Shown piece after piece: positions 14,400 to 27,071 of a stretch of DNA of 64,000 bases. The stretch is taken from positions 21,204,001 to 21,268,000 of the forward strand of contig OX597840.1 of NCBI GenBank assembly GCA_951406725.2. The letters run 5' to 3'. The position numbers were made by a program, and so were the translations under genes. The notes beneath the pieces are model-generated. The model worked only from the letters and a program-made list of their open reading frames with translations, searched no databases and was not told the DNA's origin. The stretch is from Octopus vulgaris. Its lineage: Eukaryota. Positions within the stretch are counted from its first letter, which is position 1. The number at the start of each line of letters is the position of its first letter.

Positions 14400-15110
14400 T
14401 AATAATAATAATAATAATAATCCTTTCTACTGGAAGCGCAAGGCCTCAAATTTGGGGGAAGGGATTAAATCGATTACATTGACCCCAGTGTGTAACTGGT
14501 ACTTAATTCATCAACCCCAAAAAGATGAAAAACAAAATCAACCTTGGCAGAATTTGAGCTCCCTAAAGACATAAAATGTCGCTAATCATGATTCTGCTAG
14601 CTCCCAGCTTTAATAATAATAATAATAATAATAATGGTTTCAAATTTTGCTACAAAGGCAGCGATTTGGGGTCGGGGAAAATGGGTCGATTACGTTGACC
14701 CCCAGTATTCAATTGGTACTTAATTTATTGACCCCCGAAAGGATGAAAGGCAAAGTCAACCTTGTGGAATTTGAACTCAGAACGTAGGGATAGGCAAAAT
14801 ACTGCTAAGCATTTCGTCCAGCGTGCTAACGATTCTGCCAGCCAGCCACCTTAATAATAATAATAATAATCCTTTCTAATATAGGCACAAGGCCTGAAAT
14901 GTTGGAGGAGGAGAAGGAGGAGGCTAGTTGATATTACACTGATTCCAGTGCTCATCTGTTATTGCCCCTTGAGAGGATGAAAGGTAAAGCTAACCTTGGC
15001 GGGATTTGAACTCAGAATGTAAAGGGCTGGACAAAATGCTGCCAAGCATTTAGTCTGATGTGGTAAGGATTCTGCCAGCTTGCCACTTTGGTGGAAATAA
15101 TAATAATAAT
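14400..15110 (-). mobile_element. Three head-to-tail SINE family B copies
   Basis: Same motif set, (AAT)n spacers. Confidence 0.8.
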
Positions 15111-16119
15111 AATAATATTTTAATGTTGAAAGAGCAATTAAATGCCTCTCCCCCACCCCCCAATAAAAAAAAAACAACCATGCAGAAAAAAAAGAAAACG
15201 AAAAGAAAAGAGAGATGGAAGAGAGCCTCCATCATTAACGAAGATAAATATGATTAGTTTTTTTAAATAGTTATTATTCAGAAAAAAAGATTTTAAAAAA
15301 AATAAAAAAAAAATAAACACAGAAAAAAAAACAATAAAATACAACAAAAATGTAACAAAAAATAATGTAAAAAAAAATTAAAAAGCCAATTTAAAAAAAT
15401 AAAAGAAAACAAAAATTCATAAACTTCCTGTTTTTGAAGAAAAAAGAACAAAAATAAAAAAAAAAATTTTTTTTTCCTATTTCAAATTAAAAAAAAAATG
15501 TCAGCAAATGTCTCTAAAAAAATTTTTTCCTAAAATTTCTTTCTTGAAAAGTTGTGGTGGTAGGGGTAAAACAGCAAGGGATGGGCAAGGGTGGAAGGGG
15601 GGCAGTGTTTAGTTTTAAAATTTAAAAAGTTTTTTTTTTTTTTTTTTGTAAAATAAGGAAAAAGGAGACAAGAATTTTTTATTATTATTATTGTAAACAT
15701 TTCCACCCCCATTTTCACCCTGGGGCTCTGGGTTTTACTTTGGAGGGGTGGGAGGGAGAATGTGGACGCAGGAAAATAATAATAATAGTGTCCAGTTAGA
15801 AAATTCTTTGCAGTTCATAATTCTTTCGTTCTTTCTGTCTTTCTTTATCATATCACGCACAAAAAAGAAAAAAGAAACTTGCTTAAGAGAATTTTTTTTT
15901 TGTTGTAAAAATCATACTTTTTTTTCTTCTGAAAAAGTTCGCGTGCTTTTTTTTTTTTTGTTGTTTTTCCATTAAAAAAAAAAAAAAAAAATCGACATTG
16001 AAATAATTCATACTTATTGTAATGATAATGAAATTACCAAGAACGGAAGAAAAACAATTTTTTTTTAATTTAAAAATGTGTTTTTGTCACTTTTTTAAAA
16101 TGTTCATGATAATAAAAAT

Positions 16120-16157
<38 letters not shown>

Positions 16158-16687
16158 CACACACACACACATAATTGTACACATACATACATACACACAC
16201 ACACACAGATATACATAAATATATACACATACATATATATATATATATATATACATATACGTACATACATATATATATATACACATACGTACATATATAT
16301 ATATATTTATATATACGTACATACATGCATATACATATATATGTGTATGTGTGCATGTATATATAAAGACCTTGTTTTCTTTTCTGTGGGAATAAAAAAA
16401 AAGTTCAAAAAAAGGGCAGTGCAGACTTCATAAATTGCAGAACCCAAACCGTGTCCCTTCCCACCCTTCACACTTCAAATTCTTCTATAAAAAATCTATT
16501 TTTCTTCGATTCTCCTCTCCCCATCACCTCTGGGTATGGGTGGAGGGAAAAAAAAAATAAATGAAAACAAACAAACCTAATTGTTTTTAATTAACTCAAC
16601 TAATTACTGAGGAATTAGGGAAACAAACATGACCCTATCTATATCTCAATTAGAAAATCACTAATAATGTCAAACACAACTAAATAC

Positions 16688-16988
16688 ACAAACATATATA
16701 TATATTACGGAGATGTACTTGCATAGCAAGTGACCTAATCTGAGTGTGCTGGAACGAAAACAATTGCAGCGTGGAAGGTGTTTATAAGCCATTTAAATCA
16801 CACAAAAAACGTTCGATTCACTTCAACATTTAAATTTAAATGTTGAAGTGAATCTAACGGTTTTTGTGGGTTTCTTAAATGGTTTATAAACACCTTCCAC
16901 ATTGCATTGCTTTCATTCCAGTACACGATCTCAGATCAGGTCACTTGCTATGTAAGTACATCTCCGTAATATATATATATGCGTTTGT
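16688..16988. repeat. ~300-bp loopless fold-back palindrome
   Basis: Arms TATTACGGAGATGTACTT... / ...AAGTACATCTCCGTAATA; centre CATTTAAA|TTTAAATG at 16834/16835; (TA)n flanks. Confidence 0.9.
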
Positions 16989-17347
16989 ATATATTCTTAT
17001 GTACTTAATTATATACTGAGGATATTCTTAGATCCACCCTGTACTTGACTACTGTTGTATTGTCAACCCATGAAGGACGAAGTGCAGAGTTGGACCCAGC
17101 GAGATTTCAACTTGAAGGGTGGAAGAGGTCAAAGAAAAATACCTCAAGGCATGCCATTCAGTACTTTACCGATTCTGCCTAGTCACTGCCTTGGATGCAT
17201 GTGTGCGAGTTTATATATGTGTGTGTGTGTGTGTGTGTGTAAAATAATAATCATTTCATAATTATAACAACATTAACAAGATCATTAATAATGGCTGAAC
17301 TTAATGAGTTTGGGGCAAGGAAAGGTGTTGACAAAACACACACACAC

Positions 17348-17392
<45 letters not shown>

Positions 17393-18173
17393 CACTCACA
17401 CACACACATATACATATATGTACATATATATACACATAGACAAAGTTTTAAAAATTCATAACAACAGGTTTTTTAAAACAGAAAATTTATAGTCGGAGAG
17501 GAAGGTCAAAAAAAAAAAAAAAAAAAAAAGGGACTTTGCAACGTTTGCTTTTCCCTCTGGTGCCGGAGGGGGGTGGGGCATGACATGAGATAGGTGAAGT
17601 AGTTTCAACTGGGAATTGAAACCTTTCTCATGAACGCACATCACAGCACCCGCCACAATAATAGCAATAATGATAATAATAATAACAACAATAGTAATAA
17701 TGAAAATATAAAAACAATTCACACACACACATACATATATATATACACACACACACACATGTATGTGTACATATCCACAAATACACACACAAAAACAGAA
17801 AGCAAATGAAAAAGACAATGATAATAATAATAATAATAATAATAATAATGCTCAACTTCCAAAAGAAAGTTCGAATTGTTGTGTTGTCATCACAAATCGA
17901 ATGTGTGTGTGAGTGTGTGTGTGTGTGTGTGTGTGAATTGTTAGAGTCCAAATTTAACATTGCCCCCACGGCACCCCCCCGCGATTCCTCTTCTTACTTT
18001 CAAATGATGTGATGTTGTTGCTATCGATGTCCGAACAGGAGGAAAGAAGGAAGGAAGGGAGGAAGGGTTGGAAAAAAAGAAAAAAAGAAAGACCCCCCCC
18101 CCTGCTTTCAATTCTCCTCCCGTTATTGTAATTAGGCACCGTTAGTCAACCAATTACCGTTGTCGTTGCCCCA

Positions 18174-18209
<36 letters not shown>

Positions 18210-19392
18210 CTGTCAGTTCCTTTCCACCAACGATGGATGACAAGAGAAGATGAAGATAAAACTACAGACGGCAGACATTGTTGCCAAAGTGTCCTGTCAG
18301 CCCGACGAGAGAGAGAGAGAGAGAGAGATGTTCCTTATCATCATCATCATAACATATAAAATCCACACACACCCTCAACTTGCCTCCGTCTCATCTCATC
18401 AACAATTTTCGGTTTTACATTTTTTCGTAACCCCTTTCAAAAAAATGTTTTTTTTTAAAACTAGAAAAAAAAAAAAAAACAAAACAAACAAAAACAACAC
18501 ATTATCCGACCCCCACCCCTAAAAACCATTTTTCTCTCCCCTATTATTTTGAATCGAGATGATGCAAACATCCAATGTTGTTGTTGTTATAATCCTCATC
18601 ATCATCATCATCATCATCATTACTTTTCTTTATCATCATCATCACCATCACCATCCAGCAACAGCCTTTCTCTCCTTTCAAGAGTTTACTGTGAGGGGGG
18701 TGGGGGAATCTCCCTGCATACAATATGGGATCAAGTCTTGGATCAAGAACCAGGGATCCAATCTTCCTTCTTTTTTCTTTTGTTTGGTTTTGTTCTCCTT
18801 TTTTTTTTTTAATAAATTTTTTTTTCTTCCATTTTTTTTTTAATAAAAATTTTTTTTTTCATTTTAAAATTTCAAAAAAAAAAAAATTCTTTTTTTTCTT
18901 TTTTTTTTTCCATTTATTTCCTCCCCCCCCATTCTTCAACAAAACATCTCCAAATCAGAGTTGCTACTTTCTTCTTCATCTTCAAAATTCTTTTTTCATT
19001 AATAAAAGTCAAAAAAAAAGTATTTCAGTTTTTCTTTGAAACATCGTTCGTTTCCATTTAAGTTCTGGGTTTGAGGATAGAGAGACAATTCTCTTTTTCT
19101 TTTACAATCTTTATATACATAATTATGCATATGTATACATATATATACATACATATACACACACAAACATATATATATATATACACACATATATATATAC
19201 ATATATGTATATATATACATATATACATCAGTATTTCCATTTCACATGTTTTGTCTCCTGAAATATTCACAGCAAACTTCAACATTGCATGAGGTCAGTC
19301 AAATTGTTGTTACATCAGGGTCAAATTGCCTTTTTTCCTCTGAAATGGCAAAAATAAAATAAATAAATAACATAAAACAAAACGTCAAATAC

Positions 19393-19820
19393 AGGTGACT
19401 TGGCAGACACCCATAAAATTATCCACCATCGCACAAACAATAACTCTGAGCACCTCTTCAAACTCCACCCATCTAACACCCGTGGACATATTTACAAAGT
19501 AAGAAAACAGCACAGCTCCTTCCATGACTTCAGGAAACATTTTTTCACACTGAGAGTTGCTGAAGCGTGGAACAAACTGCCGGCATCGGTTGTTGGTTGT
19601 TGGAGCACTGCATCCTTCAAAACTTCCATGCTTCCTGAGATTCGCCAACACTACGCCTGATTTTCTCCCCTCCATACACACACAAGCATGTATCTGACTC
19701 GTACATTGTTCGCTTTCCAGACATTTCTACATTACTGCATGTACTTTATACGCACTTTCTGACAAGTTGTGGTGCACCTGAGCACTGGATACAATAATTT
19801 CATTATATTATATATTATAT
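19393..19820 (+). mobile_element. 5'-truncated CR1/L2-group LINE (ORF2 C-terminus plus 3' UTR)
   Basis: ORF 19400-19660 TRGHIYKVRK...RKHFFTLRVAEAWNKLPASVV...FK matches the CR1 ORF2 C-terminal signature; ATT-rich tail. Confidence 0.85.
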
Positions 19821-21515
19821 TCAAGAAATGCCAAACATCATCATCATCATCGTTATGAACTTACTACATTTGCCTCTCAGTGTTCCTGTGTTTTAACAAG
19901 TGAGTAGAGTCTAACATTCAAAGCCTTATCTTTTGTGAGAGAGAGAGAAAGAGAAGTGACAGGTTCAAGAGCAGTCATGGGCATACAGTGGCCCATGGGA
20001 CTTTCTGAAAGTTCCATGGAAAACAAACATTAAAAAAAAAGATTCTACCCTGAATTTTGGTAAGAGTGTGGCCCTGGCTGGTGCTAAGCATGTCTCATAT
20101 GACCGGCCTCTTGGAAAGGGTTGCCTGAGCCTGCTCTGGGCAAAGAACAGCCCCACTCATCTAACAACCCCCACCTTCTCTCAAATGAAAGGTAAGCTTA
20201 CACTTCTGACTAATTAAACTCCCTGATGAATTAATTACTACCAATTTCCACTATTTCTCAAGTTGGAATTTCTCAAAGGGGTCTTTTAAGAAAATTTAAT
20301 AGAAATTTACTTGTTTAAATCATTGACATCATTGCTTTTCCATCCCACCTTGAGTTGGAGGGAATTTTGTTGAGATGGATTTTCTACGGCTGGATGCCTT
20401 TGCTGTCACCAGCCTTCACCTGTTTCTAGGCAACATTTCCCTCATGATCAGATGCAGAGGGTTGGAAATTTAGGACACCCCTTGTAAGACAGTGACACTC
20501 ATTTACAACAAACTATCATAAACTGTCAGAGAAAAGATACACACACACAAACGTGTCTAGCAAATCCTTTCATAAGGCTTTGGTCAGCTCTGAGCCTTAG
20601 TAGAAGTCACCTGCCTAAGGTGCCATGCAGTGGGATTGATCCTGAAACCATGTGGTTAGGAAGCAAGCTTCTTACCACACAGCCATGCCTGGCGTTAGTA
20701 AAAATATGCTTTTTATTTTTTTAAAAATGAATTCTCTCCCTGAAGCAGGTTTGGTTCTATTTAAGGTCTCATTAAAAGTAGGTCAGCAAGGGTTGTCCTT
20801 AAAATATTAATTTCAAATTTTGGTACAAGGCCAGGGATTCCAAGGGTAGGGGAAGTCAATTACACTGACCCAAGTCCTCAGCTGGTACTTATCAACCCCC
20901 GAAAAGGTGAAAAGCAGAGCCAACCACAACGGCATTTGAACTCAGAATGTGAAGATGGACAAAATGGCACCAATGCTAACCATTCTGCCAGATGCCCACC
21001 TTTGGCTAGCCTTAGAATATTAAAAGGGAATTCCTGGAATTTTGCAAAGTTATATATTCCCAGATCAAAGTAAAGTCAGGAATGAATTTATGCCTGAGGA
21101 AAAAAAAAAGGTATGTAGGGGCAGGGGTTTGTGGGTAAGAATTCTCGAGGGTCAACCACATACACACCATCACTGTCCCTTCTTTAGTTCAGACTTATCT
21201 GAATGGAGTGTCACTAGGGGTCTCTGACTACAAACGGCAATAAACTCAATGCTGCGTGCCCTAGCTGGAACCTTCCCCCTAAAGAAAAAAAAAAAACGGA
21301 AGGCAATAATGAATGCATTATGATTAAAAAAACTGACCAAGCAAACGAGCCCAGAGTCGTCAATTTTGATTGAAATGGAATAAAATTAATTAAAAGGAAA
21401 AAAAAAACAAAACCAATCACTTGAATGAAAAGAAACGATTGTCAGGCAAACAATGGAACGGAATTGAAAATGGAACGAAAGAGAAAAAATAAGACTCATT
21501 ACCAGAAAATGGCTC

Positions 21516-21596
21516 CTACTTGGGAGGGGGCGCTGTCTGGTATGTCTGGAAATGATGTTGGCTCTCATCATTTCCAACCGGTGGTGCATTATGGTC
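21516..21596 (-). CDS. shep: shep last coding exon: DHNAPPVGNDESQHHFQTYQTAPPPK*
   Basis: ttttttgtctgttttag| acceptor, phase 0, TAG at 21518-21516. The ...APPPK end resembles insect Shep (...AAPK, from memory). A donor CTG|gtaatg follows 13 nt after the stop. Confidence 0.83.
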   Translation of the reverse strand, partial: DHNAPPVGNDESQHHFQTYQTAPPPK

Positions 21597-22564
21597 CTAA
21601 AACAGACAAAAAACACTAAAGCCCCAAACAAACGAAAAAAAAAAACAAAATAAAAAAAAATATAAACTAATAAATTGTAAATAACAACAACAACAAAAAA
21701 AAGAGAAACCATGCATTTCAATGTAAAGAAAAAAGAGACCTTTTTTTTTTACAGGGTTGGGGGAAGTGGGGCAGGAAATGGTGGCAGGTGAGAGATTAAT
21801 AAAACCGAGCCCCTTCTCTAGCAAACCCCTACCTTCTCCCTCCTGTTCACCACATACCTCGAGGAGTCACTGGAACATCTTATCAACACTGTTTATATCT
21901 TTGCAGCTTCACTTGATCATTTCTCCCCCACTTCTTCATCATCATCATATAAAATCCATCTTCTATGAGGCCATGGATGGATGGTTTCATAGGAGCTGGC
22001 AAGCCAGATGAACGCACCAGGCTGCACAGTCTGTTGTGGCAAGGTTCCTACGGCTGGATGTGCTCCCTAACTCCAAACACTTTCAAGAGAGGATTAGGGT
22101 GCTTTTTACATGGCCCCAGTGCCAATGCACGGGAATAACCATGCAGCCCCTATACACACACAGGTAAATAAATAACAGATGAGGATTCTACCATTTCTTG
22201 GTGAACAACCTGCATATATAATTAACCATCTTAATAATGGTTTCAAATTTTGGCAAAAGGCCAGCAATTTTGGGGAGAAATCGATTATGTTGACCCCCAG
22301 TACACAACTGGTACTTATTGTATGAACCCCGAAAGGAGGAAAGGCAAAGTTGACCTTGGCGGAATTTGAACTCAGAACATAAAGATGGGCAAAATGTTGC
22401 TAAGCAGGGTGTGTTATAAAAACCTGCCTAAACCCACATTTCCAGAGCAAGAAACTGCCAGTACCCTGTATCTTTATACCATGTATATTAAATGGTATAT
22501 GGCAGGCTTCTTTAGGTTTCTGTCTTCCAAATACACTCCCAAGGTTATAATGGGGAAAAGGGGG

Positions 22565-22610
<46 letters not shown>

Positions 22611-23310
22611 TAAAGAGAGAAAGAGAGAGAGAGGTTGTGAGTCAATAATTTATCCCATCTCATTTCATGACATCCAAAAGTATTGAGAACTGTTATTTTG
22701 GGTTAAAAATGATTTCTTATTCAATGCTGGACTGTGAAGAAATCACTGCAGACAAGATGTGCCGATGGCCCTGTTTAGAATGGAAGCACTGAGCATAAGA
22801 GTAAAGGGTTTCCTTTGCCTGCAGTCACAGTCAACTGGTTTTTAAGGAGCTTCTATAGGGCACAGTTTGTTGATTTGACCTCAGTGAGCTTCCTAGAGAG
22901 AAACGTGTCAGATCCAACGAGTTTTTACAAAGCATCTAAACTAAAATACATTCTCCTAACATTCCCAATAATAATAATAATAATAATAATAACAATAGCA
23001 ATAATAATAATAACAATAATACTAATAATCTTTTTTTTTTTCTTATAGGCACAAGGCCCGAAATTTTGGGGGAGGAGTTAAGTCGATTCTGCTCAACCTG
23101 AAGAGACTTCCAACTGGGTCCCAGCTGCAAGGTCATGTGATGTTTATCTTGATACGAGGTCACCATGTTGCACACATATGGTCATGATGCATGTGCCTAT
23201 TGGACCCTTATCAGACGAGTAGTCACGATGGGATTAGTGGGCTGTGTATGTTCACATCCCAGTGTCACTGTGATGGCATGCATTGTCCCCTCACCCAATA
23301 ATAATAATAA

Positions 23311-23875
23311 TAAATGCCCTAATGCAGTACCAGGCAGTGGCTCTCATGGCTTCTGATCTTAACTGATTGGAAGTGTTATCATGTACAGTGTTTTGTCTTG
23401 GTATAAAAGATGGGCTACAGCAAATATTCTGCTCAATACCACAGATTTGCTTGTTAGTTGTTTGACCATAACCATTTGAGCATGTCCCTTGGTGGCTGAC
23501 GATATGTGCATCTCTGATCACGAGCAGAAGTAGTGAGGGAGCATCATAGCTTTGTGTTGAGAGGGATTCTTTGGGGTTTGAATAATTCACCTCTGGAAAC
23601 ATGGGTGGTTTTTTCAACATCCTTAAACAACACTTATTCAGGGACCTTTTGAGCTGGATGGGCTACTCAACCTGAAGAAAATTCTAACTGGGCCCCACCT
23701 GCAAAGTCATGTGCTGTTTATCTTGATATGAGATCACCATGTCATGCAAATATGGTTGTGATGCATGTGCCTGGTGTACCCTTATCAGACAGGTAGTCAT
23801 GATGGGTATATTGGGCTTCGTATATTTGTACACCAGTGTCACTTTGATGGCATGCACTGCTCTCTCACTCAATAA
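23311..23875 (+). mobile_element. ~570-bp interspersed repeat (family D) inserted in (AAT)n
   Basis: Near-identical to 27072-27665; partial copies at 23090-23295 (+) and 30080-30235 (-). Confidence 0.85.
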
Positions 23876-24365
23876 CAATAATAATAATAATAATAATAAT
23901 CCTTTCTACTATAGACACAAGCCTTGAAATTTGAGAGGAGGGGTTAGTTTGTTATATCAACTCCAGGACTTGATTGGAATTTTATTAACCCTGAAAGGAT
24001 AAAATACAAAGTCAACTTTGACAGAATTTGAACTCAGAATGCAAAGAGGATTGAAATGCCCTGCTTGGCATTTTGTCTGCTGGCCTTAGAATGGTTCTAC
24101 CAGCTTGCCTTAGAATTAATTCTTTCTGCTATAGGCACAAGGTCTGAAATTTTGTGAGTGAGGGTCATATTAATAGTAATAGAAGTGATTTCAAATTTTG
24201 GCATAAGCCATGAATTTCAGGGGTGGAGGTCAGTTGATGTAATCGACTCCCCCACCTCACCCCAGTACTCAACTGGTACTTATTTTATTGACCCCTTCCC
24301 CCAAAGGATGAAAGGCAAAGTTGACATCAGTGGAATTTGAACTTACAATGTAAAGACGGATGAAA

Positions 24366-24604
24366 TTTTATTTACATTATTTACACTGGGCGGATATTTG
24401 TCCCCATCCTGTTTGTTGTCACCACAATGTTTCGGCTGGTGTACTCTCCAGCCTTCATCAGGTGTCCTGGTGGAATGTTGAACCTAAGCCTGGGTTCTCA
24501 TTCCTAAGGTATTTTTTGCTGATATTATTATTATCTATTCAAGGCACTGCTTGGAATTGAACTTGGAATCTTGGGGTTAGGAGCCCGTGCTGTTAACCAG
24601 CCAT
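24366..24604 (-). mobile_element. tRNA-derived SINE-like element with a hammerhead-bearing 3' region
   Basis: Head TGGC..TGGTTAACAGCACGGGCTCCTAACCCCAAGATTCCAAGTTCAATTCC (degenerate A and B boxes), AAT spacer, hammerhead, TGTAAATAA-like tail. Confidence 0.6.
24423..24464 (-). ncRNA. Minimal type I hammerhead ribozyme motif (Penelope-like type), one decay mutation
   Basis: CAC-CTGATGA-A-GGCTGG(agagtaca)CCAGCC-GAAA-CATT-GTG: full core, 6-bp stem II, stem I CAC/GTG. CATT is probably a CpG-decayed CGTT. Confidence 0.72.
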
Positions 24605-25189
24605 GTCACATTGTGTGTGACTGTGAATCTCTCTGAGAACTACATTAAAAGAACACACGTCTGTGGGGTACTCAGCCATTTGCATGTTAATTTCAGAGGA
24701 AGCTGTTCCACTGGCACAGTCCACCTTGGCAGGTGAAAGGATGCAAGAATGCAGTGTTCTACAAACAACCAAACAGTTAAGAAATTTCTTTTCTATCATT
24801 ACAATCACTTGTGATCAATAAAGTTATTGATCTTAGTTTTCCGATCGATCATTCACGGGTTCACAGTGTTGGTGTGTTTATGTCTCCATAACTTAGCAGT
24901 TCGGCAAAAGAGACCAACAGAATAAGAACCAAGCTTAAAAGTATAAGCACTGGCGACGACTGAAATTCTTCAAAGCGGTGCCCCAGCATGGCCGTAGTCA
25001 AACGACTGGAACAAAAACTAAAAGATGCAATGAACACTGAAACTGGGTGTTCTTTTGGGTGCCACCCTACAAGCCCCACAGTGCCACTCTACAAGTCCCC
25101 CAGTGCCACAGCTTTTGACGTTCAGAAAAATTCAAAAGAACAAATTAAAAAGAGAAAAAGAGAAAAAATTTGTGGAGAGTGACACGTAC

Positions 25190-25273
25190 CTCAACGGGGA
25201 CTGTTTGTACAACAGTGCCACCTTGTGGCTGATAAGGGATTTGAGTATAAGTTGCATGAGGCCCAGAGACGTA
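25190..25273 (-). CDS. shep: shep exon: YVSGPHATYTQIPYQPQGGTVVQTVPVE
   Basis: ttttacag| acceptor and GAG|gtacgt donor; 84 nt (phase 0 to 0); Y/Q/P-rich and ends in VPVE like RBMS proteins. Confidence 0.86.
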
Positions 25274-25363
25274 CTGTAAAATAGAAAATATAATCAGAAT
25301 TGATCCGATAGGAGTCAACATGGCACGGTAAACAAACAGAGCGGAAAATGACATTATTTTCTA

Positions 25364-25525
25364 GGCACAGGAGTGGCTGTGTGGAAAGTAGCTTGCTAAC
25401 CAACCACATGGTTCTGGGTTCAGTCCCACTGCGTGGCACCTTGGGCAAGTGTCTTCTACTATAGGCCCGGGCCGACCAAAGCCTTGTGAGTGGATTTGGT
25501 AGATGGAAACTGAAAGAAGCCCATC

Positions 25526-25617
<92 letters not shown>

Positions 25618-25816
25618 CTGTGTTTGTCCCTCTAGCATTGCTTGACAACCGAAGCTGGTGTGTTTATGTCCCCGTCACTTAGCGGTTCGGCAAAAGAGAC
25701 CGATAGAATAAGTACTGGGCTTACAAAGAATAAGTCCCAGGGTCGAGTTGCTCGACTAAGGGCGGTGCTCCAGCATGGCCGCAGTCAAATGACTGAAACA
25801 AGTAAAAGAGTAAAGA
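25364..25816 (+). mobile_element. SINE family A (tRNA head, CORE-like segment, internal (TA)n(TG)n)
   Basis: GGAGTGGCTGTGTGG...GGGTTCAGTCCC...CCTTGGGCAAGTGTCTT...AGTAAAAGAGTA; many near-identical copies in the window. Confidence 0.85.
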
Positions 25817-26489
25817 GAGATTTTCCAAAAGTGTTTTAAGACAATGGGCTTTGAGGAATTACAGCAAAGAACTCAGTTGACTGGAAATAAACAGCCCAAG
25901 GGATTTTCTATATGTCTCAGAAATGTTTAACTATCTTCAAAAGGGCCACAACATCAATGGAGTGCATCAGGCCAACTTGCTGAGTCAGTTACAAAAGACT
26001 ATCAAGACCAAATGCTCGGGAAAACTGGTTCCGGGTTCAGTCCCACCGAATGACAGCTTGGGCAAATGTCTTCTACTATAGACTTGGGTCAACCACAGCC
26101 TTGGGAGTGGATTTGGTAGAAGGAAACTGTAAGAAGTCTGTCATATATACATGGGTGTGTGTGTGTGTGTGTGTGTGTGTAAGTGTTTGTCCATCACCAT
26201 TGCTTGACAACCAGTGTTGGTTTGTTTATGTCCCTGTAACTTAGTGGTTCAGCAAAAAGAGATCAACAAAATAAGCACCAGGCGTTGGTTTGTTTATGTC
26301 CCTGTAACTTAGTGGTTCAGCAAAAAGAGATCAACAAAATAAGCACCAGGCTTCACAATGAATAAATAAGAACTGAGGTTGATTCATTTGACTAAAATAC
26401 TGCAAGGCGGTGCCCCAGCCTGGCCGCAGTCTACTGACTGAAACAAGTCGAAAAGAAAAGACGAAAGACAAAAGACATGGTTTTCCTAC

Positions 26490-26594
26490 CGAAGTGCTGG
26501 ACAGTTGTAGTTGTCCCATCTGGGTTGTGAGGGTCGGCATTACAGAAGTGGGGTCAAGACTGTGGCTCCCAGGGTGTACGGTGTTTGGGATCAT
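26490..26594 (-). CDS. shep: shep exon: MIPNTVHPGSHSLDPTSVMPTLTTQMGQLQLSSTS
   Basis: ctccag| acceptor and TCG|gtagga donor; 105 nt (phase 0 to 0); LTTQMGQLQL resembles the RBMS LxxQMxxLSL segment. Confidence 0.88.
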
Positions 26595-27071
26595 CTGGAG
26601 GCAGACAATGGAGACGACAATAAAGGAGATGTATATATAACAAAGAAAGAAAAAAAGAAGATGCATAAATGCATACCCCCACCCCCACCTCTCATTCACT
26701 CATGCTTTTGCTTGAAGGGGCTGGGGGAATGGGAGGGGGGAATCCCAGTTTAATGTTCCGAGACGCATCATCATGTGTAAAATCAATCAGTTTCTTCTGG
26801 GTGGGCTGCTGTTGGCCCCCAACAGAACAGCTGAACGATGGGGCTGCCGTCTTGGCAACAAACTGATGCACCACGGGTCAGCATTAGTCTGGAAAGTCCC
26901 TGGGGAAACCGGTCCACTTACGGTGGCCCTAACATGAGCAAAGGTCTAGATGGCAACATTCTCTCAGATCTAGGGCACATGCATCTCCCGTCTCCACGAC
27001 AAGGCCAGATCCACTATATGTATTTATATATACACACCCTCTTCCAAACATAACAATAACAACAATAATAA

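Larger units (their letters stand above)
15100..21515 (-). other. Putative long, U-rich and probably spliced 3' UTR region of shep
   Basis: Directly downstream of the stop. 15100-19340 is U-rich on the minus strand and poor in transposons. Candidate splice sites at 21502 (donor), 21279 and 21094 (acceptors), 19864 (donor), 19340 (acceptor), 18209 (donor). The true 3' end cannot be fixed from sequence. Confidence 0.4.

Noticed and set aside
26215-26350. Short local tandem duplications (also at 31516-31593 and 59305-59430)
   Set aside because: Ordinary slippage duplications within SINE copies.
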